The notes under the pieces are model-generated. The model saw only the letters and a program-made list of their open reading frames with translations, did not search any database and was not told the origin of the DNA. Position numbers and translations under genes: made by a program. From positions 1-64,000 of IMG/VR virus record IMGVR_UViG_3300031951_009873: 64,000 nucleotides of DNA, one strand, 5' to 3'. The stretch is from a virus. Position 1 is the stretch's first letter; every line of letters begins with the position of its first letter. Shown here in pieces: positions 47,664 through 56,504 of this stretch.

Positions 47664-49163
47664 ATGTCTGTATATAATGTAGTTTACACCGGAGACACAT
47701 CAAATCTTGTTACCAGTCTTACCTCCGCAGGTATCACTGTTAACAAAACATTTGAAGCTCTTAAGGTTTTAAATGTTACCTCGGATAGTTCTGATTTTTC
47801 TCAATTTGCACAAATACTTGTAGTTGAGGAAGATATAGAAACCACGCCTGTGTTGGGTGCTTGGGCATTAAATAGAGTAAACAGTAAGATGTTACCTATG
47901 AGAAATGTATATACCCCAAGAAATTATGGCGATAACGTGGTTGTGTATGTTGTGGACTCCGGTATCGACTGGACACATCCAGAACTAACACATCTTACTC
48001 CAAACAATTTATATTCATATGATGAAAATTTCCAAGACATTATAGGTCACGGAACTGCTATTGCTAGTTTAGTTGCGGGAATGGTAGTGGGTGCATCTAA
48101 GTACGCCGTCTTAAAATCAGTAAAAATTCAAAGTGGAGTTCCCATACCAGTTAGTGATTTATTAACTGCGTTCAATGTAATACTTACTGACCACAATGTA
48201 ACTCCAACAGTTGTAAAAGTTGTAAACTGTTCGTGGTCAGTTGCAAAAAGTCAAATTCTTGATTTAAAAATTCAAGAATTGAAGGACGCGGGATTGGTAG
48301 TAGTTGCGTCGGCAGGTAATACTGTGTCAGATGCAAACTTACTGTCTCCTGTGGGATTAAACACCGTAATAGGTGTTGGTGCATGTGATGCATACGACAG
48401 AGTAATTAACTGGGGTCCAGCTGCAGGGTCAAACTGGGGGCCTGATGTAGATATTACTGCGCCAGGAATAGATGTAGAATATGCAAATGTTTCCGGTGGA
48501 CTTATGTTGGGGTCAGGTACATCATTTGCGGCAGCTCTAGTTAGTGGATTAATCTGTCAATATATCTCCGCATATCCAACAAAAACAGCAGCAGAAATAC
48601 AAAGTGAATTCCTTGCCGCAGGTTTGCCGGATATGTTGTTTAGAAACGAAACAATATATGGTACTACCCCCAATCTTTTAGCACAAGCTCTAGCACACGA
48701 AGAATTATTCACTTCACCGACACAAGTTTATTACAAAATACAACGTGGAACGGAATTGATTATTCCTATAACCGTGTTATCTCCTGCAGTAGCCGTACGT
48801 ATCGATGATATTTTATTTGGTACACACGTACGAGATTGTTTACCGTGGGTGACTAGAAATAGTAATGGTGAGTTGGTAGTTTCACCACCAGCAGATTTGT
48901 TAGTTGGTGGGTATCGTATGTTTTTAGAAGCATTAGATGAAAACAATCAATCGTTAGAGATACGAGGAATTCGTTTTGGTGTGTACAATATAGACCCTAA
49001 TGAAGTGGATTCAAGTGAACCAGATCAATATTATAGTCATCAAGAAGATGGTACAGTTGTAGTTCGTTTGGACGCATGTGTGTCTAGTTGTTTTGATACG
49101 TGTTCTGAAAGTTTCAAAGAAGGTCAATGTGCTTGTATTGGTGGTGGATGTAGTACTTTTTAA
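47664..49163 (+). CDS. Subtilisin-like S8 serine protease with propeptide and Cys-rich tail
   Basis: VVDSG (Asp), GHGT (His), SAGN, GTSFAA (Ser). Confidence 0.9.
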   Translation: MSVYNVVYTGDTSNLVTSLTSAGITVNKTFEALKVLNVTSDSSDFSQFAQILVVEEDIETTPVLGAWALNRVNSKMLPMRNVYTPRNYGDNVVVYVVDSGIDWTHPELTHLTPNNLYSYDENFQDIIGHGTAIASLVAGMVVGASKYAVLKSVKIQSGVPIPVSDLLTAFNVILTDHNVTPTVVKVVNCSWSVAKSQILDLKIQELKDAGLVVVASAGNTVSDANLLSPVGLNTVIGVGACDAYDRVINWGPAAGSNWGPDVDITAPGIDVEYANVSGGLMLGSGTSFAAALVSGLICQYISAYPTKTAAEIQSEFLAAGLPDMLFRNETIYGTTPNLLAQALAHEELFTSPTQVYYKIQRGTELIIPITVLSPAVAVRIDDILFGTHVRDCLPWVTRNSNGELVVSPPADLLVGGYRMFLEALDENNQSLEIRGIRFGVYNIDPNEVDSSEPDQYYSHQEDGTVVVRLDACVSSCFDTCSESFKEGQCACIGGGCSTF

Positions 49164-49189
49164 AATATGTATAATATAACAGTTATTAT

Positions 49190-49615
49190 ATGATACGAGT
49201 GTATACCGGAGGAACATTTGATTTATTTCACTATGGTCATATGAACTTCCTCCGGCAGTGTTCTGAGTTAGGTGATGAGGTGATAGTGGCATTAAACACT
49301 GACGAGTTCATAGAAAAATATAAAAATCAGAAACCTATACTGTCATACGCAGAACGTTATGAGAGTTTAATGGGTTGCAAATATGTCACTCGTATAGTAA
49401 AAAATTTGTCAAGTGAGGATAGTAAGCCCACCATCTTGTCAGTACAACCTGATATCATTGCAATTGGAGATGATTGGAAACATAAAAACTATTATAAACA
49501 AATGATGTTTACTGAAGAATGGCTTCGAGAACATTACATTGAATTGGTGTATTTGCCATACACCTCTATTATTTCTACCACTATTTTGAAAGAACGTATT
49601 AGGTATGGAAAATAA
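49190..49615 (+). CDS. TagD-like (glycerol-3-phosphate) cytidylyltransferase
   Basis: YTGGTFDLFHYGH, NTDEF, ER, IGDDW, YT..ISTT. Confidence 0.85.
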   Translation: MIRVYTGGTFDLFHYGHMNFLRQCSELGDEVIVALNTDEFIEKYKNQKPILSYAERYESLMGCKYVTRIVKNLSSEDSKPTILSVQPDIIAIGDDWKHKNYYKQMMFTEEWLREHYIELVYLPYTSIISTTILKERIRYGK

Positions 49616-50354
49616 AATTGCAGTTGTTATTCGTGGACAGTTCAGAACTTGGAATTTTTGTAAACATCAAACATTTCACGTATTTGAATCTCGCTATCCA
49701 GAAGTTGACTGGTATTTTATGTCCTGGGAAGATAGTGTCACAGACTCACAATTAGAAACACTGCAAGAAGATTTCAAAGACAGAAATGCCACAATAAAAA
49801 TACTTGTTCGTGATGAAACTGGAAATAATTCTTGGAATTCTCAACGTCGGTTAGGTTATGAATTACTAGGTAAAATGGATGCCTACACACAAATATTTGA
49901 AATGCGCCCAGATGTTTATTTGGAGATATCTGACACTCAACAATTTCCAAGTAACAACACACAATGGTATGTTACTGGCCTGAGAACTAGAGAAGAAGTG
50001 TGTAGGGAATCTGATAGATACATTCGACGAGTAAAGACCAGCATCAACGATTGGTTCTATGTGCAAAATCCTCTCATGTTCCAAAAATTCACTGAGTCAT
50101 ATACAGAGTCCATGAAATTGGAAGGACCACGGGCACAACTAGTTGATGTGGCTCTAGGAAACAACATAGAGATTACTGACATCTCTGATGTAGTGACCCC
50201 ATGGGTGCTTCGTCCCACATACACGCCCAACGCACTATTTGGTCATGAAAAATTATGGATGGGGATGGCCAGCAAAGAAAAAATAAAATTGTTGGAATCT
50301 TTGAATATTCAGATACAAGATTATAAAACTAATAACAGGTTTATTAGTATATGA
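49605..50354 (+). CDS. Putative glycosyltransferase-like protein
   Basis: KIAVVIRGQFRT N-terminus, D.Y...W, RPD and ND motifs typical of a viral/bacterial GT-like family. Confidence 0.45.
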   Translation: MENKIAVVIRGQFRTWNFCKHQTFHVFESRYPEVDWYFMSWEDSVTDSQLETLQEDFKDRNATIKILVRDETGNNSWNSQRRLGYELLGKMDAYTQIFEMRPDVYLEISDTQQFPSNNTQWYVTGLRTREEVCRESDRYIRRVKTSINDWFYVQNPLMFQKFTESYTESMKLEGPRAQLVDVALGNNIEITDISDVVTPWVLRPTYTPNALFGHEKLWMGMASKEKIKLLESLNIQIQDYKTNNRFISI

Positions 50355-51262
50355 AATATGAAAGAAGCATTTTGATAAGAAGAACTTTACCAACTGTTGA
50401 GTTTGCACCAAGCTATTTTGGGCAGGTGTTGAAATTTCCACACCAAGGTGTTAGAAAATTTCACAATAACTATGATAGTGAACGCTATCAGGATGTTGTA
50501 AAATTAGTTAGTGATTTGGAGATTTCTGAAGAGATATGGCCATATTATCACCTCGAAGAAGACTTTTACAAATACAACTCTTTTGGTTATCGTACTTATG
50601 AATTGGATGAACTACAAAAATCTTTTGATATTGCTATAGGTTGTTGTTGTGTGGAGGGGTTAGGGTTAAGGCAGGAAGAAACCTGGGTACACCATTATGA
50701 AAAAAATACTGGCAGACAACTTGTTAACTTAGGAAAAGGTGGTACTGGATCAAACTACATTAATATAAACTTAACTGCCTGGTTGAGTCATCGCCGGCGT
50801 CCAGACAGAGTTATCATTTTTTGGTCAGATCCAACCTCTAAAACAGTGTTTCGTGATAATGGTGATTTTACTACACTGCAATTTGGAAACCAACGTATAC
50901 ATCCAGTGGTTACTGATGGTGATGAGAACATAAATAAATGGTACAAAGCTGAACTACAAGACCGAGGCATTTCCAGTAATGAATTTGTCTTGACATATAT
51001 GAGCACAAATGTTATGTTACACAGTAGTGGTATAGATGTTAGAAACTTTTTTCCTAGCATTTATTGGAAAGAAGAAGATGTAAGAAGTATAGAACAGTTC
51101 ACCAACACCCAAGCTCACTATCTGGATTACAACAATGTTAGTGGCGGGTGGTCCTCTTTTCGTGATTATCAATATTTTCCTTCATCTGACATGACTCATC
51201 ATGGTTGGCAGCATCAAAAACCAATAGCAACTAAAATAGGTGAAATTTATGAAAATACCTGA
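50351..51262 (+). CDS. SGNH-like protein with Cys at the catalytic Ser position
   Basis: YKYNSFGYR, IGCCCVEGLG, NLGKGG.G, W....K, SD..H.G..H. Confidence 0.55.
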   Translation: MKYERSILIRRTLPTVEFAPSYFGQVLKFPHQGVRKFHNNYDSERYQDVVKLVSDLEISEEIWPYYHLEEDFYKYNSFGYRTYELDELQKSFDIAIGCCCVEGLGLRQEETWVHHYEKNTGRQLVNLGKGGTGSNYININLTAWLSHRRRPDRVIIFWSDPTSKTVFRDNGDFTTLQFGNQRIHPVVTDGDENINKWYKAELQDRGISSNEFVLTYMSTNVMLHSSGIDVRNFFPSIYWKEEDVRSIEQFTNTQAHYLDYNNVSGGWSSFRDYQYFPSSDMTHHGWQHQKPIATKIGEIYENT

Positions 51263-51488
51263 TATTAAAGAAATCATTACCGCTTGGCATCATGCAGCCA
51301 ACCCTACACCAGAACAACGAGAATTGGCTGAGTATCGTGGTTCTATTTGTGAGAGATGTGAACATAAAGAGTTCCGAACACTTATCAGATTCTATGTGTG
51401 TGGAGCATGTGGGTGTCCAATATCAAAGAAAATATACAGTCCCAAACCAGGCCCAGAAGCTTGTCCTAAAGAGAAGTGGGATAAATAA
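51249..51488 (+). CDS. Small Cys-rich Zn-finger-like protein (DUF6171-like)
   Basis: R..IC..C, C..CGCP...K, CP..KW. Confidence 0.65.
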   Translation: MKIPDIKEIITAWHHAANPTPEQRELAEYRGSICERCEHKEFRTLIRFYVCGACGCPISKKIYSPKPGPEACPKEKWDK

Positions 51489-51508
51489 CGTAATTTATTA
51501 GTATTGCG

Positions 51509-51517
51509 ATATTTATA
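51509..51517 (+). promoter_or_regulatory. Putative late-promoter motif ATATTTATA
   Basis: Intergenic, 28 nt upstream of ATG 51546. Confidence 0.55.
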
Positions 51518-51545
51518 CTAGTACACTTTAAGAGTAAACCACAGT

Positions 51546-52982
51546 ATGGGATTCATAAACCAATTCTCACGCAACGTAAATACACGGACAGAAACCGTCA
51601 TCTCTAAAGATGCGGGGTCACCTGATATTGCAAGTTCCTCGCTCCAAACAATGGGTGGGGCATTTGTGTTATTGGATGCCAAGGTGTCCACAAACCCACC
51701 AGTACGACTTAGATTATATACAGATTCATCCAGTATGGTTATAGATGCTAACCGTGCAGCTGGAAACTTTAATCTTTCCCAATCTGTAGGATTAATTGCA
51801 GATATCAATCTCACCACAACAGAAAAACTAGTATTTGCACCGCCGGTAATCGGACACACCAACGCTGGTGGGGAGGTGTGGTATAATCTAAGTGGGTCAG
51901 GGTTACAAAATGTTACCCTCACTACCTACGCTTTAAGTAATATAGGTGACAGTGAAGATAACAAAGAGGCTATTCATATCAGTGGGTCACAAGTATTGGT
52001 CACAGGTGGGTCGATATACGGAGTTAGTGGAAGTATTACCACCCCAAAGAGTTTTGCAATCTTGAAGGCTAAGGGTACTTATAATTTCAATGTAGACCAA
52101 CAATGGGAACGTGGGCTCGCATCGTTTGATCTTGATGGTTGGGAATTTTGGCAAACTCGTTCTCTAACAAGTGAATTACACACAACCACTGACCCAACAA
52201 AAGTAACCCAACAATTCCCAGAAATTCCAGTCGGGTCTACATTATATGCTGGACAAATTGCAACACGTACCGGAACATTCTGGAAAGATGGTAATTTCTA
52301 CTACTTACCGGTAGACGTAGGAAATGTGTATAGAATTTCTGGTTGGGTATATGGCACGTATGATGGTACTGCTAACGATACATTATTTGGTAACTATGAT
52401 ATTGGATTTTTAGTCATCGGCGCAGATGCTGGAAATAATCTAATACCCGATTATACCTTTGCACGAACCGCTCCTGCTCCTCGTTGGCAATATGTATCTG
52501 CCGACTTTACCGTTGGAGCAGGTACTTCATCTTTGGTTGTTGGAACATTTATTGATGGACCATATCCAGCAGGTTATGGATACGGTGCACCAGTATGTAC
52601 CTCCCCAACGTATGATTTTCAACCAATGGTATGTCCTGGATACGCTTGGTATACTGGATTTACCGTAGAAAATGTAACTGATTTTGCTAGTAGATTACGA
52701 CTATATTCTACGGATATTGAAGATGTACCTTTAGCAGAACAAATCAGACCGTTCGGAAATGTTCCAAACTCTGGGTCAAAACTTATCGCTGATATGATGT
52801 TTGATTCTGCAAGTTATCATTATCCGTTAGTTCCTGTATTGGAAGGATTTACTTGGGAAGACCCTAATTATAGTCCTGGTGTCAACCGTACCAGTTACAT
52901 ACTAGAAAATTTATCTGCGGTAGCCACAGTATATTCTGGTTCATTAAACGCAGACCTTACCATTTATAACTTAGAAGATTAA
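51546..52982 (+). CDS. Virion structural protein with duplicated RLRLY domain and inserted CBM-like module
   Basis: RLRLY...R..G...LIAD occurs twice; central aromatic-rich YRISGWV...WQYVSADFT segment. Confidence 0.5.
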   Translation: MGFINQFSRNVNTRTETVISKDAGSPDIASSSLQTMGGAFVLLDAKVSTNPPVRLRLYTDSSSMVIDANRAAGNFNLSQSVGLIADINLTTTEKLVFAPPVIGHTNAGGEVWYNLSGSGLQNVTLTTYALSNIGDSEDNKEAIHISGSQVLVTGGSIYGVSGSITTPKSFAILKAKGTYNFNVDQQWERGLASFDLDGWEFWQTRSLTSELHTTTDPTKVTQQFPEIPVGSTLYAGQIATRTGTFWKDGNFYYLPVDVGNVYRISGWVYGTYDGTANDTLFGNYDIGFLVIGADAGNNLIPDYTFARTAPAPRWQYVSADFTVGAGTSSLVVGTFIDGPYPAGYGYGAPVCTSPTYDFQPMVCPGYAWYTGFTVENVTDFASRLRLYSTDIEDVPLAEQIRPFGNVPNSGSKLIADMMFDSASYHYPLVPVLEGFTWEDPNYSPGVNRTSYILENLSAVATVYSGSLNADLTIYNLED

Positions 52983-52985
52983 CCT

Positions 52986-53249
52986 ATGCGTTTTTATCCA
53001 TTTGGGTCCAGTTCGCTAAACCAGATATATAATACTACACTTGCGACCACTGCCTCGTTGTCAACTTATGCAGCATCTGCGAGTTTCGCAACACGCATAC
53101 TCAGTGCATCGTTTGCAATTTCTGGTTCACGTGGAATTGCTGGTACAGACGGTAGTTGTAGTTTCACCCCAGGACTTACAGGCGACATAGGAATTCAAGG
53201 AATTGGTGGTTCGGCTGGTGGGGTATCCTTAGCAGTAGGAGTACCATAA
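52986..53249 (+). CDS. Small structural protein with short collagen-like segments
   Basis: MRFYPFG; SASFA; GSRGIAGTDG; GLTGDIGIQGIGG. Confidence 0.55.
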   Translation: MRFYPFGSSSLNQIYNTTLATTASLSTYAASASFATRILSASFAISGSRGIAGTDGSCSFTPGLTGDIGIQGIGGSAGGVSLAVGVP

Positions 53250-53250
53250 C

Positions 53251-53805
53251 ATGCAATTTTATCCGAATACTATCTCCGTAAATGAAGTAGCATTTGCTGT
53301 AAGTGCTAGTATCGCTAGATCCGGCTCACTTATTGAAAAGTTTGCTGCTGTACCTATAACCGCAAGTTTGGCATTAAATATAAGAGGGTCAACTGGAACT
53401 GCGGGCACTAACGCAGGACCAATATCTGGGCCAAAGGGGGCACAAGGACAACGAGGTGTAACTGGTCTGCGTGGAGATAGCGTATATCTTCTCTCCAGTT
53501 CATGGCATGATGAAAGTAAAGGTGGGGCTTCTTGTTCATCAGCACCAGCAAATTGTTATCCGTATGATTTCTGGCCATCCTATAGAGTAGGAGGAGTCAG
53601 ATTCTGCGACTACAGTGGTGTTTATATTACGTATTATAGTACAGATCTTACTTTGGGAGCAGGAAGTCCAATGTTCTATAATGAGGTGTGTACGAATCCT
53701 GCGCTTGACCAGAAACTTGGTGCATATCAGATTGAACAAACAGTATACAACACAGATGCAAACGGCGACTTAGTAATAGTAGGTTCATGCGAGCAATCAC
53801 TATAA
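53251..53805 (+). CDS. Small structural protein with collagen-like segment
   Basis: MQFYP; GPKGAQGQRGVTGLRGD; Cys-containing C-terminal domain. Confidence 0.55.
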   Translation: MQFYPNTISVNEVAFAVSASIARSGSLIEKFAAVPITASLALNIRGSTGTAGTNAGPISGPKGAQGQRGVTGLRGDSVYLLSSSWHDESKGGASCSSAPANCYPYDFWPSYRVGGVRFCDYSGVYITYYSTDLTLGAGSPMFYNEVCTNPALDQKLGAYQIEQTVYNTDANGDLVIVGSCEQSL

Positions 53806-53817
53806 AATAATTTAAAT

Positions 53818-54318
53818 ATGTCATACTATTTTCCATTCGGTGGTAGTCAAGCAACTACAACACAGAACATAAGTCATTCATTATCAGCAGCAACCGCTAG
53901 TGCACCAACGTCAAACAGTACCACAGCAATTACTGCATCTTGGGCAGCAACAACTAAATTTACACCAGAATCGGGGTTTGCTGGGTTAAATGTAACTTTG
54001 GAAGGATGTCAAACCGCTTCAGCTGCAAATCCGTCATTACTGGTATCTGGTGCTACTGGAAATCAAGGACCATCGGGGTCAAACGGAACTAATATACTAA
54101 CGTGTCCAGATGGTACTGTTCGGTGTATGGCGTTAGAACCTTCATTATCCGCACAGTTTTTTATTGGTGGTATACGAGGTGCGAACTATAATGTCCCATC
54201 GGGGTCACAGTATAGTATTGTCTGTATGCAAATTCCAACCACCTGTAGCGCAGCACAAGCATTAGCTGGTTGTCCAGATTCCTTGTATATACCTACTCCA
54301 CGACCAAGCATCCCTTGA
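53818..54318 (+). CDS. Small structural protein with collagen-like segment
   Basis: MSYYFPFG; TASWA; GATGNQGPSGSNG; 6 Cys. Confidence 0.55.
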   Translation: MSYYFPFGGSQATTTQNISHSLSAATASAPTSNSTTAITASWAATTKFTPESGFAGLNVTLEGCQTASAANPSLLVSGATGNQGPSGSNGTNILTCPDGTVRCMALEPSLSAQFFIGGIRGANYNVPSGSQYSIVCMQIPTTCSAAQALAGCPDSLYIPTPRPSIP

Positions 54319-54343
54319 CAAATAATAAACTATATTTTAAATT
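54315..54343 (+). promoter_or_regulatory. sigma70-type promoter
   Basis: TTGACA-N17-TAAATT upstream of ATG 54371. Confidence 0.6.
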
Positions 54344-54370
54344 TAATTAAACACCAACAAAAGGTAATTT

Positions 54371-54595
54371 ATGGCACAAACGGTTCCACTACCAACAGCA
54401 TTACGTAGTTTAATTGAAAGTAATAATCAATTATTAAAAATGTATCAATCTGATTTGACTAAGCAAGTTATGCAAGCAAATGAAGAAATGATGCGAATGT
54501 TGAATCTTAACCCAAGTGAGGGGTGGAGATTAGATTTAGATAGTCTCACATATGTCAAGGTAGAAAATACTGATGCTACATCAGTCAGCGAATAA
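54371..54595 (+). CDS. Hypothetical protein (74 aa)
   Basis: AAGG RBS, own promoter, overlaps the helicase start. Confidence 0.6.
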   Translation: MAQTVPLPTALRSLIESNNQLLKMYQSDLTKQVMQANEEMMRMLNLNPSEGWRLDLDSLTYVKVENTDATSVSE

Positions 54596-56459
54596 CGCGA
54601 TACTGACATTCGGGAAGTTCAGAGGACACTCACTCGCCCACATATATTATAATAATCAGTCATACCTAACTTGGATGACGCAGACTGTCGGGATTCCCGA
54701 AGTCTGGAAAGAAGCGGCGACATTGACTCTTAAAGGTGAAGATATCTCGCACTTAAAGATAGCGAGAACCAATAATCCGACTGTCACCAATACACCACAA
54801 ACATCTACAGATACCACAGTTACTATTCATTTAAAGGATAGTAAAACTGCGGTTGTTGTTATGCCATATAATCCCAACTTGATGGCAAAGTTCAAGTATG
54901 AAGTGGATGGTCGGAAATGGAACGGGGAAGAAAAGTGGTGGGAGTTTCCTGCGGTACATCTCCCCAAAGCATTTAATGTATTCGGTCCAACCAATATCAA
55001 ATGTGATGACAAGGTATTGAACTTACTGGAGAAACTCAAAGACCGCCGTGAGGATTTAGACGAAATACGTGTGAAAGAAGATGTAGAATTTGACATTAAG
55101 GGGATGCAACTCCAACTCTATCCATACCAGAAAGTCGGTGTCAAGTTCGTCGAACGAGCAGATGGTCGTTGCTTGATTGCCGATGCGCCTGGGTTGGGTA
55201 AGACTGCACAAGCTATTGGATTTGCCCAACACAAGAAACTCAAAACCATTATCGTCTGTCCTTTATCAGTCGTGGTCAATTGGAAGCGTGAAATCAAAAA
55301 GTTCACGGGCAAAGATGCCACCATCTGGGATAGTAAGAGTTATGATGGAAAGCTGTCGAATCAGTTCCACATCGTCCATTATGATGCGGTCGGTAAGGTG
55401 GTCAATGATTTACGAAAGCAAGAGTTTGACCTGCTGGTATGTGACGAGGCTACCTATCTAAAAAACAGACAAACCATCAGAGCAAAGTCTATTTTAGGTT
55501 CTTATAAAGAACGACGAAAATATCCCGGCATTAAAACGAAGTACTGCTTATTCCTCACTGGTACTCCCGTGATGTCTCGTCCAATCGAAGCGTTCGCTTT
55601 GTTGAACTTCCTTGACAAAGAGCGTTTCAATAATTTCTTCCACTTCACCCAACGATACGGTGGATGGAAAGGAGAAGCCCCCCGTAATCTCCAAGACTTG
55701 CATGACCGTACAAAGGATTTGGTTATCCGCAGAAAGAAAGAACAAATATTGACGGAACTTCCAGCAAAACAACGCAATGACTTGTATGTGGAATTGACGA
55801 AGGACGAACAAAAGCAGTACAAGGAATTATTAAGAGAAGTCTTTGGTCGTTGGAAGGTGGAGAAACCTACCATTGGTCACATGCCAAAGATTCAAAGTTT
55901 CTTGATTGAAAAGAAGATTCCACGGTTGGTGGAGATGGTGGATGAATTCTTAGATAACGATAAACCTATCCTCATTTTCAGTAATTATCTTGCTCCATTG
56001 AAGTTCTTGGCTGAACAATACGGAGATAAGGCGGCAATGTTGACGGGTGAGATGAATAGTAAGGAACGTCAACATACTATTGACCGATTAACCAAGGGTG
56101 AAGCAAAAGTCGGACTATTCAGTTTGATGGCAGCAGGTATGGGTATTGACGGACTCCAACATCAGATAGATACAGTTGTTTTTCTCAATTGTGATTGGGT
56201 TCCCGCAAACCACGAACAAGCAGAGGACAGAACCCACCGCATCGGTCAAAAGGGTCAAGTTCAAGTCTATTATATGTTATGCGCCGATACCATTGACGAA
56301 TATATGCGGGATATCCTTAAAGAGAAGCAGCAGGTGGCAGACTTGGTGGTGGACGGGGCGTTGGTCACCCCAGAACGGTCAAAATCGTATTTTAAGGAGT
56401 TTGTCAGTAAAATAAATCAGGTTTATAAGCAGGATATTTCTACTAAAAACGTGGAGTAA
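54573..56459 (+). CDS. SNF2-family helicase (SMARCAL1/HARP-like)
   Basis: LYPYQ..GV, ADAPGLGKT, CDEATYLKN, LTGTP..RP.E, RRKK..L.ELP.K, QAEDR.HRIGQ; N-terminal TFGKFRG module. Confidence 0.92.
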   Translation: MLHQSANNAILTFGKFRGHSLAHIYYNNQSYLTWMTQTVGIPEVWKEAATLTLKGEDISHLKIARTNNPTVTNTPQTSTDTTVTIHLKDSKTAVVVMPYNPNLMAKFKYEVDGRKWNGEEKWWEFPAVHLPKAFNVFGPTNIKCDDKVLNLLEKLKDRREDLDEIRVKEDVEFDIKGMQLQLYPYQKVGVKFVERADGRCLIADAPGLGKTAQAIGFAQHKKLKTIIVCPLSVVVNWKREIKKFTGKDATIWDSKSYDGKLSNQFHIVHYDAVGKVVNDLRKQEFDLLVCDEATYLKNRQTIRAKSILGSYKERRKYPGIKTKYCLFLTGTPVMSRPIEAFALLNFLDKERFNNFFHFTQRYGGWKGEAPRNLQDLHDRTKDLVIRRKKEQILTELPAKQRNDLYVELTKDEQKQYKELLREVFGRWKVEKPTIGHMPKIQSFLIEKKIPRLVEMVDEFLDNDKPILIFSNYLAPLKFLAEQYGDKAAMLTGEMNSKERQHTIDRLTKGEAKVGLFSLMAAGMGIDGLQHQIDTVVFLNCDWVPANHEQAEDRTHRIGQKGQVQVYYMLCADTIDEYMRDILKEKQQVADLVVDGALVTPERSKSYFKEFVSKINQVYKQDISTKNVE

Positions 56460-56461
56460 GG

Positions 56462-56470
56462 ATATTTATA
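56462..56470 (+). promoter_or_regulatory. Putative late-promoter motif ATATTTATA
   Basis: Intergenic, 34 nt upstream of ATG 56505. Confidence 0.55.
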
Positions 56471-56504
56471 TAGGTGGTAAAACCAAATAGTTTAAGGAGT
56501 TATT

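Noticed and set aside
11670-51488. Bacterial O-antigen/capsule locus (host DNA or chimeric assembly)
   Set aside because: No Wzx/Wzy/Wzz, ABC exporter or initiating phosphoglycosyltransferase; seamless continuity with phage structural genes on both sides
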